Positions 13,196 through 27,638 of a stretch of DNA of 64,000 nucleotides are shown piece by piece. This stretch comes from Vicugna vicugna (Eukaryota): assembly GCA_013265495.1 (NCBI GenBank), contig MU061579.1, positions 1,269,159-1,333,158 on the forward strand, in the 5' to 3' direction. The notes beneath the pieces are model-generated. The model did no database searches and was not told where the DNA came from. It worked only from the letters and a program-made list of their open reading frames with translations. Position 1 is the stretch's first letter; every line of letters begins with the position of its first letter. The position numbers were made by a program, and so were the translations under genes.

Positions 13196-14959
13196 GTAAT
13201 TGCCTCTTGAAACAGCAATGAATATTAAATAAGTAGATATATGTTCATGCCTAGCAAGGAAAGCATTAGAATTCTGCTATATAATTACAATTATCATTGT
13301 TTATTGTGTCACTAAAGCCTCACTTTTCTTTATTTTCACAGCATGGCAGATACACTCTGTGGATATTGAAGATGAAGTGGAAAGAAAACAAACATAAATT
13401 AGTGAAAGATCTGTTTTTCTTGGTGGATGCAACAGAACTGGGATTAGTTTTAGTCCCCTCTTGCCCATTTTACCAGTTATTTTGTGCAGAAGACAGTAGC
13501 TTTGGCGACTCTCACAGGTTTCAGAATAATCTCTCATGGAGGAAATTATATTATTTCTACAAAATACCAGATAGTGGAACAACCCTCCTGAGTAATGATG
13601 TAGCCATGTAGGCATCTTCTGGATGCTCAGAGGATTTCCTAATCTGACTGATTTCTTGGTAGACCTGTAAACAATTTGCAAAATATAAGTCCTCCCAGGT
13701 TGTGAATCTCTAATTCAAACATGCCACATAAAAACGGTTTCTCTGTTGTATCAGAAAGTTTTCAAAAGCCAGAGGCTAAAGAAATAAATATATTGTTTTC
13801 CTTATTGACTAGCTTGATGGAGCTTTCTACAAATTCACATTGGTTTTGAAAAAACTCGCAGGCTCCTTCTTTATCACAGTGCTCTTTATTGCTCTGATTT
13901 TATTATAGGCTGTTAAGACAAAATAGCGTGTATCCCAGTTAAGAAGCTCTAAAAGCAAAAGCAGGAAAGAGAGTAGAAATTCTGTATCATACGTATCTCA
14001 AAGTGAAAAATCATTTGTTTAATAAACTCAAACAAGTATCACTAATTGATGTACCTTTACCCCCTAACACTGCATGGAATGACTACTGAGCATGTATATA
14101 ATAATTAAAATGTGTTGACAACAATTTAGTGGGTATCCACTGAAACTGTCAAGCAGTATTCACAATAAAAATTAAAATGAAATCAGTCAGACACATGATG
14201 ATATGCTATTATAATTTTCAGTATCTGTACAAAAAGCAATTGCTAATACATGCGCATTTCCCTCCTCAGACTTAACAAGGGTATGAATGATGGCTTCTTG
14301 TGCCTTTTTTTCTCAGCTTTTATTTTCTAATAGATTAATGGCATGCTAATGTAACTCACCACTTCTGTGGTCTTTTGTATCAAACTGACAATAGAGAGGA
14401 TGTTCAGGTAGATCATACCATAGTCCCTCTCATTCTACTTATATCAGGTACTAGAGTCATAATCTAAGTACTAGACAAACATGTGGTTTGACAGAGTAGC
14501 CCTTTGCAAAAAGCATATGTGTGTGCTTAATCTTCTCATTTTTTTCATTTATTTATTATTTAAGGAATTTGTTTTCTTCAGGAAGGGAAAAAACAAAATA
14601 AAACCTGGCTGAGAATCATTGCACCTCCTACCCATCGTGTGAGGAGACTTTAGTCAGTGTCTAAAGTTTCACTTTGGCTCAAAAAGTACTTATATCTAAA
14701 CTTACACACAAACAACAGAACTATAAAAACAGTTTTGGGAGTTAATATTTGAAATACTTATTACTTTTCACAGACACAGTGCTGTGCAAACCGTTATGCG
14801 ACTAAGCATTTGCAAAATGAATACATTAATTAAGTTCTTCTTTCAACCTAACATGGAAAACCTTGAAGGGTTCATACACTTTTAGTGCTAATAATTTGGA
14901 ATACATTAAATGGCAAAAATATATTCAATGAAAGAAACAAAATAAAGAATGTCAATCAT

Positions 14960-15250
14960 ATAGGTGATAGTGTTCCGTTGAGCATATATGAGTTTGTGTG
15001 TATTGTGTTGCAGTCTGTGCTCAAGAGACAAAGGTGAACAATACGTTGGTCTTGGAAAACTGACTCCTTAGGGGAAGAAAGTAGACAAACTTATAATTTC
15101 AATATGACATGAATTTTAAGGGGATGTTATATATGTAACATAAATGAAAGACATAAATGTAACCTGAGGGTTCCGGAAAGTCATTCTACAAGAGTTGATT
15201 TTGAATAGTGAAGGATGGCATAAAAATTCAGTATGAAATCATCAAGCTGA
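14960..15250 (-). mobile_element. Degenerate L2 fragment
   Basis: ttgagcatatatg...tgtgctcaagagacaaaggtgaac...ggaaagtcattcta resembles antisense L2 3' region. Confidence 0.45.
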
Positions 15251-15299
15251 GAAAATATTAGCAGCAAGATCTTAGTAATAATGATGATAATAAATTATA

Positions 15300-15495
15300 A
15301 TTAACAATAGATAAATCAAATTGACAGCCTATTATGTTAGGCTTTTCCTTGCCTTATTATGTTATTAATCTTCACAATGTAGTTACTATTATAATTACTG
15401 CCATATAAGAAGACAGAGGCAAAGGAAGTGCTCAAAAATAGCAGAAGAATAAACAGATCATAAGTTGTGAAGCCAGGACTTGAAATCAAAAATTC
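15300..15495 (-). mobile_element. MIR
   Basis: attaatcttcacaa...agaagacagaggcaaaggaag...tgaagccaggacttgaaatca matches the antisense MIR pattern. Confidence 0.6.
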
Positions 15496-15567
15496 TTACA
15501 ATACTTTATGAAGTATGCTTTAAACAATTGTATACTACCACCATTCTGGTAATGTATCTTTGCAAAC

Positions 15568-15775
15568 ATTTTTAATTGAGGTAAGTAAGACACCAATAAT
15601 ATAAAATTGTCTACATTAAGCGTTTTAATGTGTATACTTGAATAGAATTTAGTATATTCACAATGTTGTGTGAACACCACCAGTATCTAGTTCCAGAACA
15701 TTTTCATCTCCCCACCTGTTAAGGAAACTCCGCACCTGTTAAGCAGTCATTCCCAATCTCCACCTTCTTCTTATC
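15568..15775 (-). mobile_element. L1MB-like 3' end fragment
   Basis: ttttaattgagg...ttagtatattcacaatgttgtg...ctagttccagaacattttcatctcccc...ttaagcagtcattccc is the typical L1MB 3' terminus in antisense. Confidence 0.8.
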
Positions 15776-15839
15776 TTTTCGTATGCTTCAGATCATAAGT
15801 GTTTATTCTTATTTTTAACCCATTTTCTCATTAGGTTAT

Positions 15840-17370
15840 TTGGCTCATTCTTATTGATTACGGTGTATTGACACTATTTTTCCAGTTTTGCTGGTCTGTA
15901 GTGACTATGTTTCACTCTTGATTTTGACCGTATTTGATTTTTATGCTAGTCTAGATAAAAAGTTTTTGTGGCTAATACTTTGAGATATTATTCTATTGAT
16001 TTTCACTAATACTGTTGCTGGAAGTGCTCAGACCTCTGTTTGTTCCCTTGAAGATCATAAGTATTTATTTTCTAGTTTATTTAAGGTCTTTTCTTCTGCA
16101 TTAGTTTTTTGTATTTACACTATGATGGCTCTAGGTTTGGAATTATATTTATTTTTCCTGTATAAGATCCATGAAGATTCTGGAAGAATCCAGATTCAAA
16201 TGAACAGTTTCATTTGAGCTTAATTCTTAAATTTTATCATTCATTACATCTTTATATCAAGCTTTTCTTTTTACCAGCTTCTTCTGGTTTTCCTGGTAGA
16301 TAAATACTAAAAATTTTTTACTCATAAATCTCTCAACTTCCTTTTTATTTTATCTCTATTTCTCTATACTAAATCCTGAGTAATTCTGTTAAACACTGTA
16401 TTCTAGTTCATTCATTCTGTCATCATTATGTCTATTCTATTTATCTGATCTTAAGAGCTCTTCTACCATTTCTAGAATTTTTATTTGTTATTTTCAAAAT
16501 CAGATTTAGCATTTTGATATCTTCTTTTATTTTACCTACTTGAACATCCTCTTTTATTATTAAAACATATTACTCATATTTTTTTAATACTCTACATCTG
16601 ATTCTTTTGTTTGTGTATATTTTGTTATATTCTATTAACTCTTGCTCACAGTAGGCTATTCCTTTGGTTATTTTATTTCCTTATAAATAAACACTTATAA
16701 GAATTTTATTGGCTATTGAGCTATATTATGCAAAAAAACTTTGAAGGGCTGTGGTAACATCTGTTGCTATAATTAGGACTATGTTTAATTCTACAAGGTA
16801 TCTGGAGTGTTGACAATGCTCAGAAATTCTATATAAATTTTGTGCTTTAGGTATTTGGGTTCCATAGATATTATGATTTCTGATCTCAAACCTGCTTCAG
16901 GCCAAACTCAAGGTTATAAATCATCAAAGAAGACTTTTTGTAGCCCACTCCCTCATTTGTCAAGTTTAATTATTGCTTCCTTGTACTAGGGAGTGCTGTT
17001 TTTCTCCCAGTCGTCTATTTTATTAAGCATTCACATTTCGGAGTCATGACTGTATACTGAAGGGCACTTGGTTTGACTTTTTACTTTCTCAGGCTGAAGT
17101 TTTTATTTTGTTTTTCTTTACGCTTGTTGGATTAGAACCATAAGCCTAAAATCTCCTAGAATACACATCTTTCCTCAGAGCAGCTGTAGTTTTCCGGTGG
17201 GCTTTCTTCTTTGAATTTTTGTTTTCTTCTATTTTTTTTTAATTTAACTTGTTTTAATTTTGAAAAACTTCCTTGCTAACTAAACTATGACTTGAAGATT
17301 TTTTTAAAGTATTCAGAATGTTGAGGGAGGTTTCTGAATAGTCAGTGTATCATATTGCCAGAAATAATTC
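15840..17370 (-). mobile_element. Ancient HAL1/L1ME-like ORF1 plus 5' region
   Basis: T-rich + strand. 15980-16200 resembles antisense ORF1 C-terminal DNA. Ends with catattgccagaaat, similar to old L1/HAL1 5' termini. Confidence 0.6.
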
Positions 17371-18004
17371 TGTTCTATTTCTTCATTTTAATTAGTATTT
17401 AAGGGATAATATGCAAAAAAAAGTGGGGGGAGAGTTAATAATCACTTTTATGTAAATCCTTAACAGGCATTCAACATCTCAGATTTTAATATTTTTCTGA
17501 TTAAAATTTTTCACATTGATTTATTTTATAATCAGCAAATGATCTAAATTTGAAATAAATTCATAGTAATGAAACTATATGAAGTGCCCTTTCAGTTATT
17601 CAAAAAGAAATAATTTTCAGATAATCTCCAGACGGTTTTGCTGAGTGCAAATTGCTCCTAGGGAATGTGTCCATCCTGCCTTTGCCTAACAGCACAGACT
17701 TTTTCTATTATCTGCTATTCTCTGTTTCTTTGGCTCCTACCCAGATTCTCCCTCTTTGCTGACCACTTTCAATTTATGACTCATTCGGGTTTATCCATTT
17801 TAATTTGGCTGCCCCCCAAGTAATTGCTTTTTGGAGCACATACTTCTCAACCTGCTCAACAGTTCTTACAAAATTATACTTTACTTTCTCCTCTAGCTCT
17901 GACTTGATAGAAAACTCAATCTTCCTAGTTCTCCAAAACACTAGTCACTCTAGTTCCTTGGGGTATAAAGTAAAAATTATGTATTTATTTAACATGGTTA
18001 ATTG

Positions 18005-18235
18005 GAATGAAAGGCAATTGTGGTTAGCACCCTTGTTTATTACTGGACTCATGTTGAACTCTCTGGGTGTGAATCCCTCCTCTTCCATTAATGAATTAAC
18101 TCTGTAACTTTGGACAAGTTAAAGTTTCCATATCTGAAAAATGATAATAAAAGTTATACTTAAATGAGAAGACTGTATTGATGACTAAACGAGAGAAAAA
18201 TGAGGGCTTAGAACAGTGTTCTATGTCTATAGACA
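18005..18235 (+). mobile_element. MIR
   Basis: ctgggtgtgaatccctcctcttccatta...tgtaactttggacaagttaaagtttccatatctgaaaaatg...gcttagaacagtg. Confidence 0.75.
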
Positions 18236-19931
18236 TATGCCCACACACATGCACACACACACACGCACAGACATAAACATAGATATAGTGTGAGTTATAT
18301 CAGAAAAATGTCACTTTGGATATTTAGAGAAGGAAAGTAGAATGCAGTGTATCTCTTAGTTCAACAGGTAACAATATTTTCATATACAGAGTAATTAAGT
18401 GTTGTACATTGACTTAAACAAAATGTAATTAAGGTTTGAGGAAATATGTATACAATTGTGAAAAAGAAGTGAAAACCTCATTATCCATAATAGAAAACAA
18501 ATAATCATATCTAAAATTAACTACAAAAAAAGCAAGTAAACTGTTTTATTTAGAAACATGCATTTTAAAAACCATGAGAAAAATGAAAAATTCTTGAAAA
18601 AGAAAGTTGCTGGGTCAACAGCACTAGAAAAGGGATGAAGAGAGATGGAAGGCAGCCTGTGGATTTGGGATACATTCTTCATATTTCTGATTTATAACTG
18701 TACATGTCATGATTTTAATAAAAGTAGTATTATTTTAATATACATAATTTAAATATACCTTTTATTATTTAATTTGCATCCATGATCAGCTACATTATTT
18801 TCTTTATGTAAATTTCTAGTACTCTGGTATTAATTTAAAGTAACCTATTTAATGTAGTAAAGTCCCAGAGTCAGAATAGCACTCTTTTTAATTTGAATAG
18901 CATACATGAATCTACTGTGAATGTTTTATGAAAGTCATTTGCCATTTTTGTGTAGCTTCTTAATGCTGAAAGTGTGAAAACTTTAAAGGTCATTGTATAA
19001 ATACTCTTCACTAACTTTTTTTAATTGTACCATACATACAGTGATAAATTTACTTCTAAAACATTACAGAACAGATAATTTCATCTTGTAATTGCTAATT
19101 AGTTTAGTACTCGAAAGTATGTACCTTTGATTTCAGTCCCAATGCTGTAATTTACTGCAGAAATAGAATATACATATCTGTATCCGATTCTTTATTTCCT
19201 CTATCATCACTCCCCCTGCCTTTTAAAATACTCTCTTTAGTGCATCAAATACTTCCGCAGTGCCACTGAATAAATTAGTAGGAAGTGATTAAGATTTTTG
19301 TGCATCTTTTAATACTTCTATATTACTTTCTAACCTAATGCTATTTTGTATAAAATAAAAATCCTTTAATGGAATCAATAATTCAGAACTTTAAATCTCC
19401 TGTGCTTCCATTGTTGTTACTGAGATGAAGGATAACATTTTGTTTCCTGATGTCTCCCTCTCCACCCGCTGAATATATTTTTTTCCTGAATATATTTTTA
19501 CCTATTTTGTCTCTCTCGTTTGCATTCCTTTTTGTGTGTTTATTTATGCAATTTTTTGGTGGTGGTTTGTTTGAAGGTGTCTTATCAACTGTCATTGAAT
19601 GTATGGGTGTGTGTGTTTATTGTGGATTTTTTTCTTCATCTATTTATGTTATTTGATTTTTTTTTTTTGGAGAGTCTTGATTTCAGTGACAAACACACCA
19701 AGTCAACCAGGATGTGACTTGGATGTGTATGTCTTTTGCTAATAAAAATAAAAATTCCCCCCTTCAACTAATATTTATTTAGTAGTTACAATCTACCAAG
19801 CAAATACATATTTTATTCTGGTGTACATATAAAAACCATATAAATCCAGCAGAACAAATAGATAATTTTTGATACAAATATAAGTCAACTTAAAAATTAC
19901 ATGAAAATGTTCTAATTGGATTTTACCAAAT

Positions 19932-19939
19932 GAAAGAAA

Positions 19940-20003
<64 letters not shown>

Positions 20004-20005
20004 AA

Positions 20006-20044
<39 letters not shown>

Positions 20045-20053
20045 GGAAGGAAA

Positions 20054-20092
<39 letters not shown>

Positions 20093-20208
20093 GAAGGAAG
20101 AAAGAAAGGAAGGAAGGAAGAAAGAAAGAGAAAAGAAAAGAAAAGAAAAAGGAAGGAAGGAAGGGAGGAAGAGAGGAAGAGAGAGAGAAAGGAAGAAAGG
20201 GAGAGAAA
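19932..20208. repeat. (GAAA)n/(GGAA)n compound microsatellite, 277-bp pure purine tract
   Basis: Only A and G on the + strand from 19932 to 20208. Confidence 0.98.
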
Positions 20209-20271
20209 TCATGAGGTCTATTACTAGCTTATGATTTTAATCAACATGGAAGATGAAATGTCATTCATTAA

Positions 20272-20705
20272 TGTGAAGGTTAGTTTTATGTGTCAACTTT
20301 TCTGGGACACCGGTTCTCCAGATATTTTGTCAAATGTTATTTCTGGGTGTGTCTGTAAGGGTGGTTTTGATGAGATTAACATGAAATTGGTAGATTTAAT
20401 AAAGCAGATTATCCCTCTTAATGTAATTAGGCCTCATACAATTAGTTGAGACTCAATAGAACAAAAAGGCTGACCCTTCCCTGGGTCTGAGAAATTCCTT
20501 TTGCCTGACTGCCTTGAACCGAGATATCATCAGATATTTTTCCTGCCTTCAGACTCAAACTGAAACATCAGTTCTTCCCTGGTAACAAGCTTGCTTGGCC
20601 TTTGACTTCCTTGAGTGTCCAGTTTGCTTACCACCCTTATCCTCACATGTTAGGACTTGTCAGTCTTTATGATCACATGAGCCAATTCCTTAGAATAAAT
20701 CACTT

Positions 20706-20740
<35 letters not shown>
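20272..20740 (+). mobile_element. ERVL solo LTR, MLT2 family, ending in (TA)n(TG)n
   Basis: Begins tgtgaaggttagttttatgtgtcaactt (MLT2 5' end). gccaattccttagaataaatc precedes the TA/TG repeat. Confidence 0.88.
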
Positions 20741-23129
20741 TAATCATATAAACATATAAAATTGATGTTTATACATTTATACAAATGCATATATAAGTAC
20801 AATTACTGAAAGTAAAACATTATGTAAGTTTCATAAAACATATTTCATTTCAAGTAATGTGAACAATTTAGTTTAATTGAGAAAAACTTCACTTGATTTT
20901 TTTAGGGGTATGGATAAACTTTCAACTGCATTAATTTTAATATCAATCCTACAACTTGTGAATCTTTGTTTTTCAGGAGATGTTCCATTTCCTTGAAGAT
21001 ATTTTTATAAGAAACAGGAATCCAAACAACTTTTAATATCTCTCAAAGTAAAAATTCATCTAATGTTTATGTGCATGTTTGAGCAGATAAGATAATATAT
21101 ATGAAAGACTTTCAGATAATCTATAAGTTGCTATTTAATTGCTAGTTATTATTTGGTATTATTAGTTTATTGTCTGGTACCTTGAACAGGTGACAGTATA
21201 TAAGTATTCACTAATCACATGATGAATAGATACACACACTTGTACACAATATGCATATGCAGTCTGTGGACTTATGTTGTTTACAGATGGAAACATATAT
21301 ATACATAAATAAATAAATAGTTTTTTATATACATATATATAAAAACAGAAAGAGAGAGAGACATAGAATAGCACAAAAGTAAAAGCTATCAGAGAACTTC
21401 AACAATGCTTCCAAAATTATAAAGTACCATGATAATATAAAAATTATAAATGAAAGTGAATTGAGAAAAAGATAAATAGAATCCAGGTCAAACACAACTG
21501 ACAAAAAATATTCTTTCTAAGCACTTCTAGTTACATTATTAATATTTAATTCAGCAAATATTTATTAACTACTTATTTCCAAAAGACCCTTTTTAGTCCT
21601 GGCCAAGGACACAAAAAAGAACTGGACAATTTACTGCCTTTAAGACATTGCAAAGTTAGAAAGGCTGAATACTAAGTAAAGCTGCCGGATTGCCTAATCC
21701 CATTGACAGCATAGAATAGTTACCTAAAGGAAAGGAGGAGATAAGGAAATCAGGCTGGTATTCATCTATACAGAAATAGCACCTGACTTTCAGCTTGTAA
21801 TAGAAAGGTGATCATTTACATTGTCCTGAAGTTCTTTCCCTTTTTGTCCCCCTTGTAAGAGCAAAACTTCCTGTATGATACTTCTTTCTTTGGCTTTCCA
21901 AAAAATGTGCCATATAACATTTCTAATTTAGGGTTTATTCTTTCAGAACATTGTCAAATATAAAAAGAGACATCTTTCACAATGCAGTATTAGCAGCTCT
22001 GTGTTGGTTAGCATTATGCCTCTGAGAATGCCTTCCGTAAAAGACCCTTCAAATCAGAGCTAGTTTGTCAAGGACTGTTTTATATTTAAGTTGCCACCAT
22101 TGTGCTCCTTGACTAAGTACTCCTCTTCTCTTATCCTTTCAAATAACTGAACTTAGCATAGTTTTATGCAATTGTGATGTTTTTCATTATTTGAAAGTAC
22201 TCATTCTGTCTGTCACACATTGTGTAAGAGTCTCCCTGAAGCTACTGAAGGCCTGATGGAATAATGTCAAATGCATGATACAAATCATTATTTCAATAAA
22301 CATCATTTCCTCTTTCCATCGCTTTCAGGCTGTCTAGTTTTGTTTGCACTCACATTAGAGTTTTAACATTAACTCTCTGGATTTTCCTAACAATAAGAAA
22401 ATAATGTTCAAGCCATTATTACCTCTCTTCACTATCCAGACTGTGCATGTCAAGTATTCCATTAGTACCTTAAAATTCACGACTAGTTCTGTTTCAACAG
22501 CCTGCTAACATATAATATTCTGCCTATTGATAATTTAGGCTTGCCAAATTGTGTAGGGCATTCAGTACTGCAATCTGTATGATCCAGCAAAGGTCATAAG
22601 CATGGGAACAACCACTGTCTCAAATAGTCCTTGGGCCCCATGTTTTTGGAATAAGAATTGTGATGCCATAGTCCTTGGATGGAGAGCAACACATGCATAA
22701 CTTGTCTGAATCTATATTCAGTGGTAAACGGGAATTAGGCGTCTCTTGTAAAGGAGAGGCTGTCAAGAGAGAATAGAAGCAATGTTGTTGCTTGAAGATC
22801 CTCAAATTATTCTTAATGGGCTCCTTGTTAGATTAGGATTCATACTTACTGTCATCCCGTTTTAGTTGCTAAGTGCCTTTATCTTAAAATATTTATTTTA
22901 TATAATTTAAAATAGGGTAAAACTGCTGTAGTTTAAGAGAATGTAAATGGTATGTTTCATTTTACAAATAACATTTAATCAGAAAAATATACTAAAGCTC
23001 TTCATGTATCTTCTGCCAAGAGAATTAAGTGAGCCGACTTCTGTATGATATGGCCTGGAAATTGATACGTGCAACATATATTTTGATAAGGAAAAACATA
23101 AGATCTGAAAACTAATATTAGAAGGCACT

Positions 23130-25250
23130 CATCTTTCCTTTTTCTTTTTTCAGAATTATCTTGACTATGCAAGTATCTTGCCTATGTAAATATTTTGATT
23201 TTCCAACAAAATATTAAACAGTGTCCAATATTGAGGATTCCTAGCATCCTTGCGGCTGTTGCTCAATTTCTTCAGGTATTTTTTTGAGCTTCAGTCATAG
23301 TTTGTAACATTTTTCACAACAGTTTTGTACATTATTTTGATGGATTTATTTCTGTTAACCATGTAGTATTTGTTGCTATTATAAATGGTATTTTTTTAAC
23401 TTCTATTTTATTTCCTATCCTAACATTGATTCTGAAGAATGTGCTTTCTGCAGATTAGCATATGATCTGCAAATAATAACATTTTTATTTACTTCTTCCC
23501 CATGCATTAGCTTTAATTATTTTTTTCCTTATTGCATTGACTGAGACATGCACTACATTTTTGAATACAAGAAGTGATAGCAAGGTAACTACTACAATTC
23601 TTGACCCTCAAAATATATGACTACAAGTGTGCTACCATGTATAATATTTACTGTAGATTTTTAAAAGTTATTTTATTATGTAAGAAATTTTCCAGATGAC
23701 TAACTACTTTTAGGTACACACCCCCTCATAAATACAAGTTAACTTTTATTAACGTTTTTTTCTGCATGTATGAAGAGCATTAGCTCCTTCTTTAATGTTT
23801 CATGTCAAGAGGATTGCATTTATAAATATTTTAATGTTGAATGAAATTCACATTACCTAATTTTATTTATTAAATGAACTGCTGCATCATATTTGCAGTT
23901 ATTCTCATTTAGAATTATTGGGTTTACATATGTGAACCATGTATAGACTTTATTGATTGTATATCACCTTTGATATACAATTTGTATAAATAATATAAAT
24001 TATTTTGGTTAGAATAACTAATATTTTATATTGTGTATAAATAATATAAATTATTTTGGGTAGAGTAATATTTCATATTGTGTAAATAGTTCTATAAGAT
24101 AAACTGTTCTTAAAAGTTTTTGTAAAATTATCTGTCTAATGTCTTATTATTAAAACACTTATTCACTTTAAAGATAGTAATTGATGTATTTTTCTGTTAC
24201 AATATTTCTTGAGTAAATTTAGTCATGAATTATGTTTTAGAAAAATAGCCACTTTAAAAATGTTGATATTGCATGTTTATAATATTGTGAATAGTATTTT
24301 CTTATAACCTTTTAGTTCTGCCACAAATTTGCCCCTTTTTATTATTAACAATATTTCTGAACATCTTACAATTTTTGACAACGTTCTGTAGGTTTGTCTA
24401 TTTTAAGTATGTTATCATCATTACCATTTTGCTTTGTGCTTTACATTCTTAATTTCTATCAGCATCATTTCTATTACGTTTTATAAAAATCTTTAAAATT
24501 TCCTATCTTTATGGTAAATGTAAGTCACTTCCTTTGCTTGAAATCTTCCTAATTTATTAATAACTATATATAATAATATATATTTCCTTAAATATCCATT
24601 TATAAAAATATTAATGGCATTAATAGCTGGCTATGAATATTTGCTTTTTGTGATTATCAATCTAGCACATAAGTTATTTAAGAATGTGCTTTTTAGAATC
24701 CAAATAAAAGTTTTAATTTTTAATAATTTTACTATTTTATTTGTTATTGGATTTTCATATAATCTAACAGTTATTTTGGAAAATACTGAGAGTTTACTAG
24801 TAGTATATGGTCATTATTTTGCAAATATTACCTGGGTATGCAGGAGACTGTTTATTCTTTATATTTTATATATAAACTTTCTGTGTATTAAAATGAAGAT
24901 ATATTGAATCACAATTTGTCAATTTTCATTTGTTGTTTAAGACTTCTATATTCTCATTAGTATTTAGACTGAATCAGGACAGTAAAATGTATACTTCAGA
25001 CAGTAAAATGTGTAAAACTTGGGATAGTGATATTAAACTCTATGACTGAATTTATATTTTTATTTGAAACTTAAACTTTGCTTTATAATTTGAGACCCTG
25101 TTGCATACTTTGAAGTAAATTATTGTTCAGTATTTTAATGATTCTTAAAAACTTAAAATATACTGTCCTTCTTAATATTCTTATCTTAAATTATATTTAC
25201 TCTAACAGTATTATGGTACTAACACGTCATTGTGTTATTTATTTTTCTTC
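23130..25250 (-). mobile_element. Highly decayed L1ME-like ORF2 fragment
   Basis: Long T-rich stretch with antisense L1 landmarks (ttgttgctattataaatggtat, atctgcaaataataaca, cttattgcattgactgagac...ttgaatacaagaagtgatag). Confidence 0.65.
23983..24087. repeat. Imperfect tandem duplication of about 50 bp
   Basis: tgtataaataatataaattattttgg occurs at about 23983 and 24034, with a partial third start near 24080. Confidence 0.85.
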
Positions 25251-25284
25251 TTTGTGGTGAAATATGTGATGTGTGAAGAAAGAT

Positions 25285-25525
25285 AAAAAGAGTATATACT
25301 TTATGATTCAATTTTATTAAAAATCAAAAAAATGCAAACTATCTATAATGATACTGTTTGTGTAGGCCAGGGTGATACAAGGGATGTATTACAGTGGGGC
25401 GTGAGAAAATATTATCTCCATTATGGTGTTTTCATGGTGTGTAAAGAAACATATTAAAACCCATCAAATTTTCAAGTTTAAGTTAATGCAGTTTTGTACA
25501 ATAAATTTACCTTAGTAAAGCTCTA
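25285..25525 (+). mobile_element. Old L1 (L1MC/MD/ME-like) 3' end
   Basis: aaaagagtatatactttatgattcaatttta...aaaacccatcaaatt...ataaatttaccttagtaaagct. Confidence 0.7.
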
Positions 25526-27638
25526 ACAATACATTCTTTCTTTTTTAAAATATTAAAGTCAATTTTTACCATACCATTTTATGAAAAATATTTGAGAATT
25601 AATATCTTGCTACTGAGCAAATATACACATGATTTATTTAACATATGGTCTGTTGCTGAACATTTGGTTTAATTTACAGTATTAAATCACTACACATTGT
25701 TTTCTATTGTACATAAATGTGTATGTACATCACTTACTTTCATTTTTTCTATTGGCTGAAATCTTAGGAATTGAAAGAGTGATAATTGTGTTTACCACTA
25801 AGTATAGCCACAAAGGATTATTAAACTCTCTTCAAGTTTCCCTGCATTCTCTCCAAATCCTTGAAAATAACAGCTTTATAAAATTCTCTTCAAATTATCC
25901 AGCTTGAGTAGAAAATCTAATTTCAGCCAAGACCCTTTCTGATAACATGTTTTATATTGTATAATCTGTTATACGTTACAATTTAAAAGATAATATACAT
26001 CATATATTTGTTGCTTTATTATTTTATTATTAATATGATTTTGTTTAATTGTATTGATTTCCCAAATTGAGAAATTAATCATACTGTGTGTATTTGGAGT
26101 TAGTTTTTTAATCAGGATAAAAAAACTTCTTGACATTTATTCTCTTATTTCTATTGTATTTAAAAGCAAAACTCTGAAACAGTTTTTTTTCCCCTCCAGT
26201 GACATTGTTTTTCAAGGCTTTCTAAATATAAGAATTGTTAAATTATAATACATGAATTATCTCAAAGACACATAACTAAAGTAAAAATTGAGTCATTTAG
26301 CTGGAGGCCTGCTGAACACTGCAGGCTTTGAATCATTTTCACTTGCATAAAAGTGAATTGTGAGTAACTCGAAAGAGACACTAATTTTGGAATGATCTTT
26401 GACATACCAAAGTCCATTTACATGATGGGAAAAGACACTAGTTTTCCCCTCACTTTTTGAGGACTTTTATGTGAAACAAAAAAACTTCCAGCCCTTATTA
26501 TACAGGTTTTTTGGGGGGGGTTAATTTTTTTTGTCTAAGTTTTCCATACCACATCTGAAAATTTAAAAAGGCAGTCATTTGGTTGGAAGGCAGAATTTCT
26601 GTATCATCTAAATAGTTCCTGAGTGTTTATTTGGATACAAATAAAACAAAACAAATAAAACAGAACACCAAGTTTTAGTGAAAACCTAGATTTGCTAGAG
26701 AAATATTCAGTCACCAAAAATATACTGATGAGATATTTAGTACCAGAAAGATCCTTCTGCGCTAGGGATATAAATATGGGTAAGACCTGGTTCTTTCTTT
26801 TGTGCAGTTTATTGTAAAATAAGCAAACACAGACGTATAAACAATTAGAACTATATTCACAGTAGATAAAGGATAATAATGAGGTATAACAATACGAAAA
26901 TAAAGAACACTTAATTTTTGTGTGCTTTGGAATCTAAGCATAGATCTAGTTGATTGTACCCTATTTATGTAATTAAAATGATATTTTTGTTGGGGTTTTC
27001 TCTAGGGTCAGAAAAACTAGGGCAATATTCTAAAAACAATCAGAAAGCTTTTGTTATGGCAGAGAGGCTATGAAGAGAAATGTGAAATGTTAAAGGAACT
27101 GAAGATATGCCAAATTCAGAACATTTTCCAGTGTTTGTGTCCGATTGATTTTTGTGAAATTGTACCTGGTGCCTTTCTCTTTTTCTTCCTTAGCTCTTTT
27201 CAGACTTTCATGGTAAAATATACTTTTCCACTCTTCAATCTGTGCTTTTCTCTTTTTGTTAAAGAAGAGGCTTTGGAAACATTTGCCGTGACTGAAAATG
27301 TGCTGTAGGCAGAGTTTCCGCTTACACAAGTTTGACACTACTTCAATACTTTCTTATGATTCCATGAAATGTAAGTCGGCCAGCCAGACTCACAACCATT
27401 GATCCGGAAGGCCTCTTTCAGCTCAGTTACATGTGATCTAGGCAGTTGTCAGTTAGCAGAAGCTTGTTTGAGTGTTTTTCAAATCTCAACACCCAGAAAA
27501 AAGGAAAAGAGTGTGTATATTGGTTTGCCATGATTTCAAATCCACTTATTTATAGCTTAAGTAAAGTTGTTTTGACCTAAGGGTAAATTTGTTTACCTTG
27601 GCGAGGCCTTGTCAGGATTGATACAGGAAAATGTGGGG

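Noticed and set aside
19793..20214. K/E/R-rich and F/L/S-rich ORFs
   Set aside because: They are translations of the (GAAA)n microsatellite. The same applies to 5139-5375 and 41918-42193.
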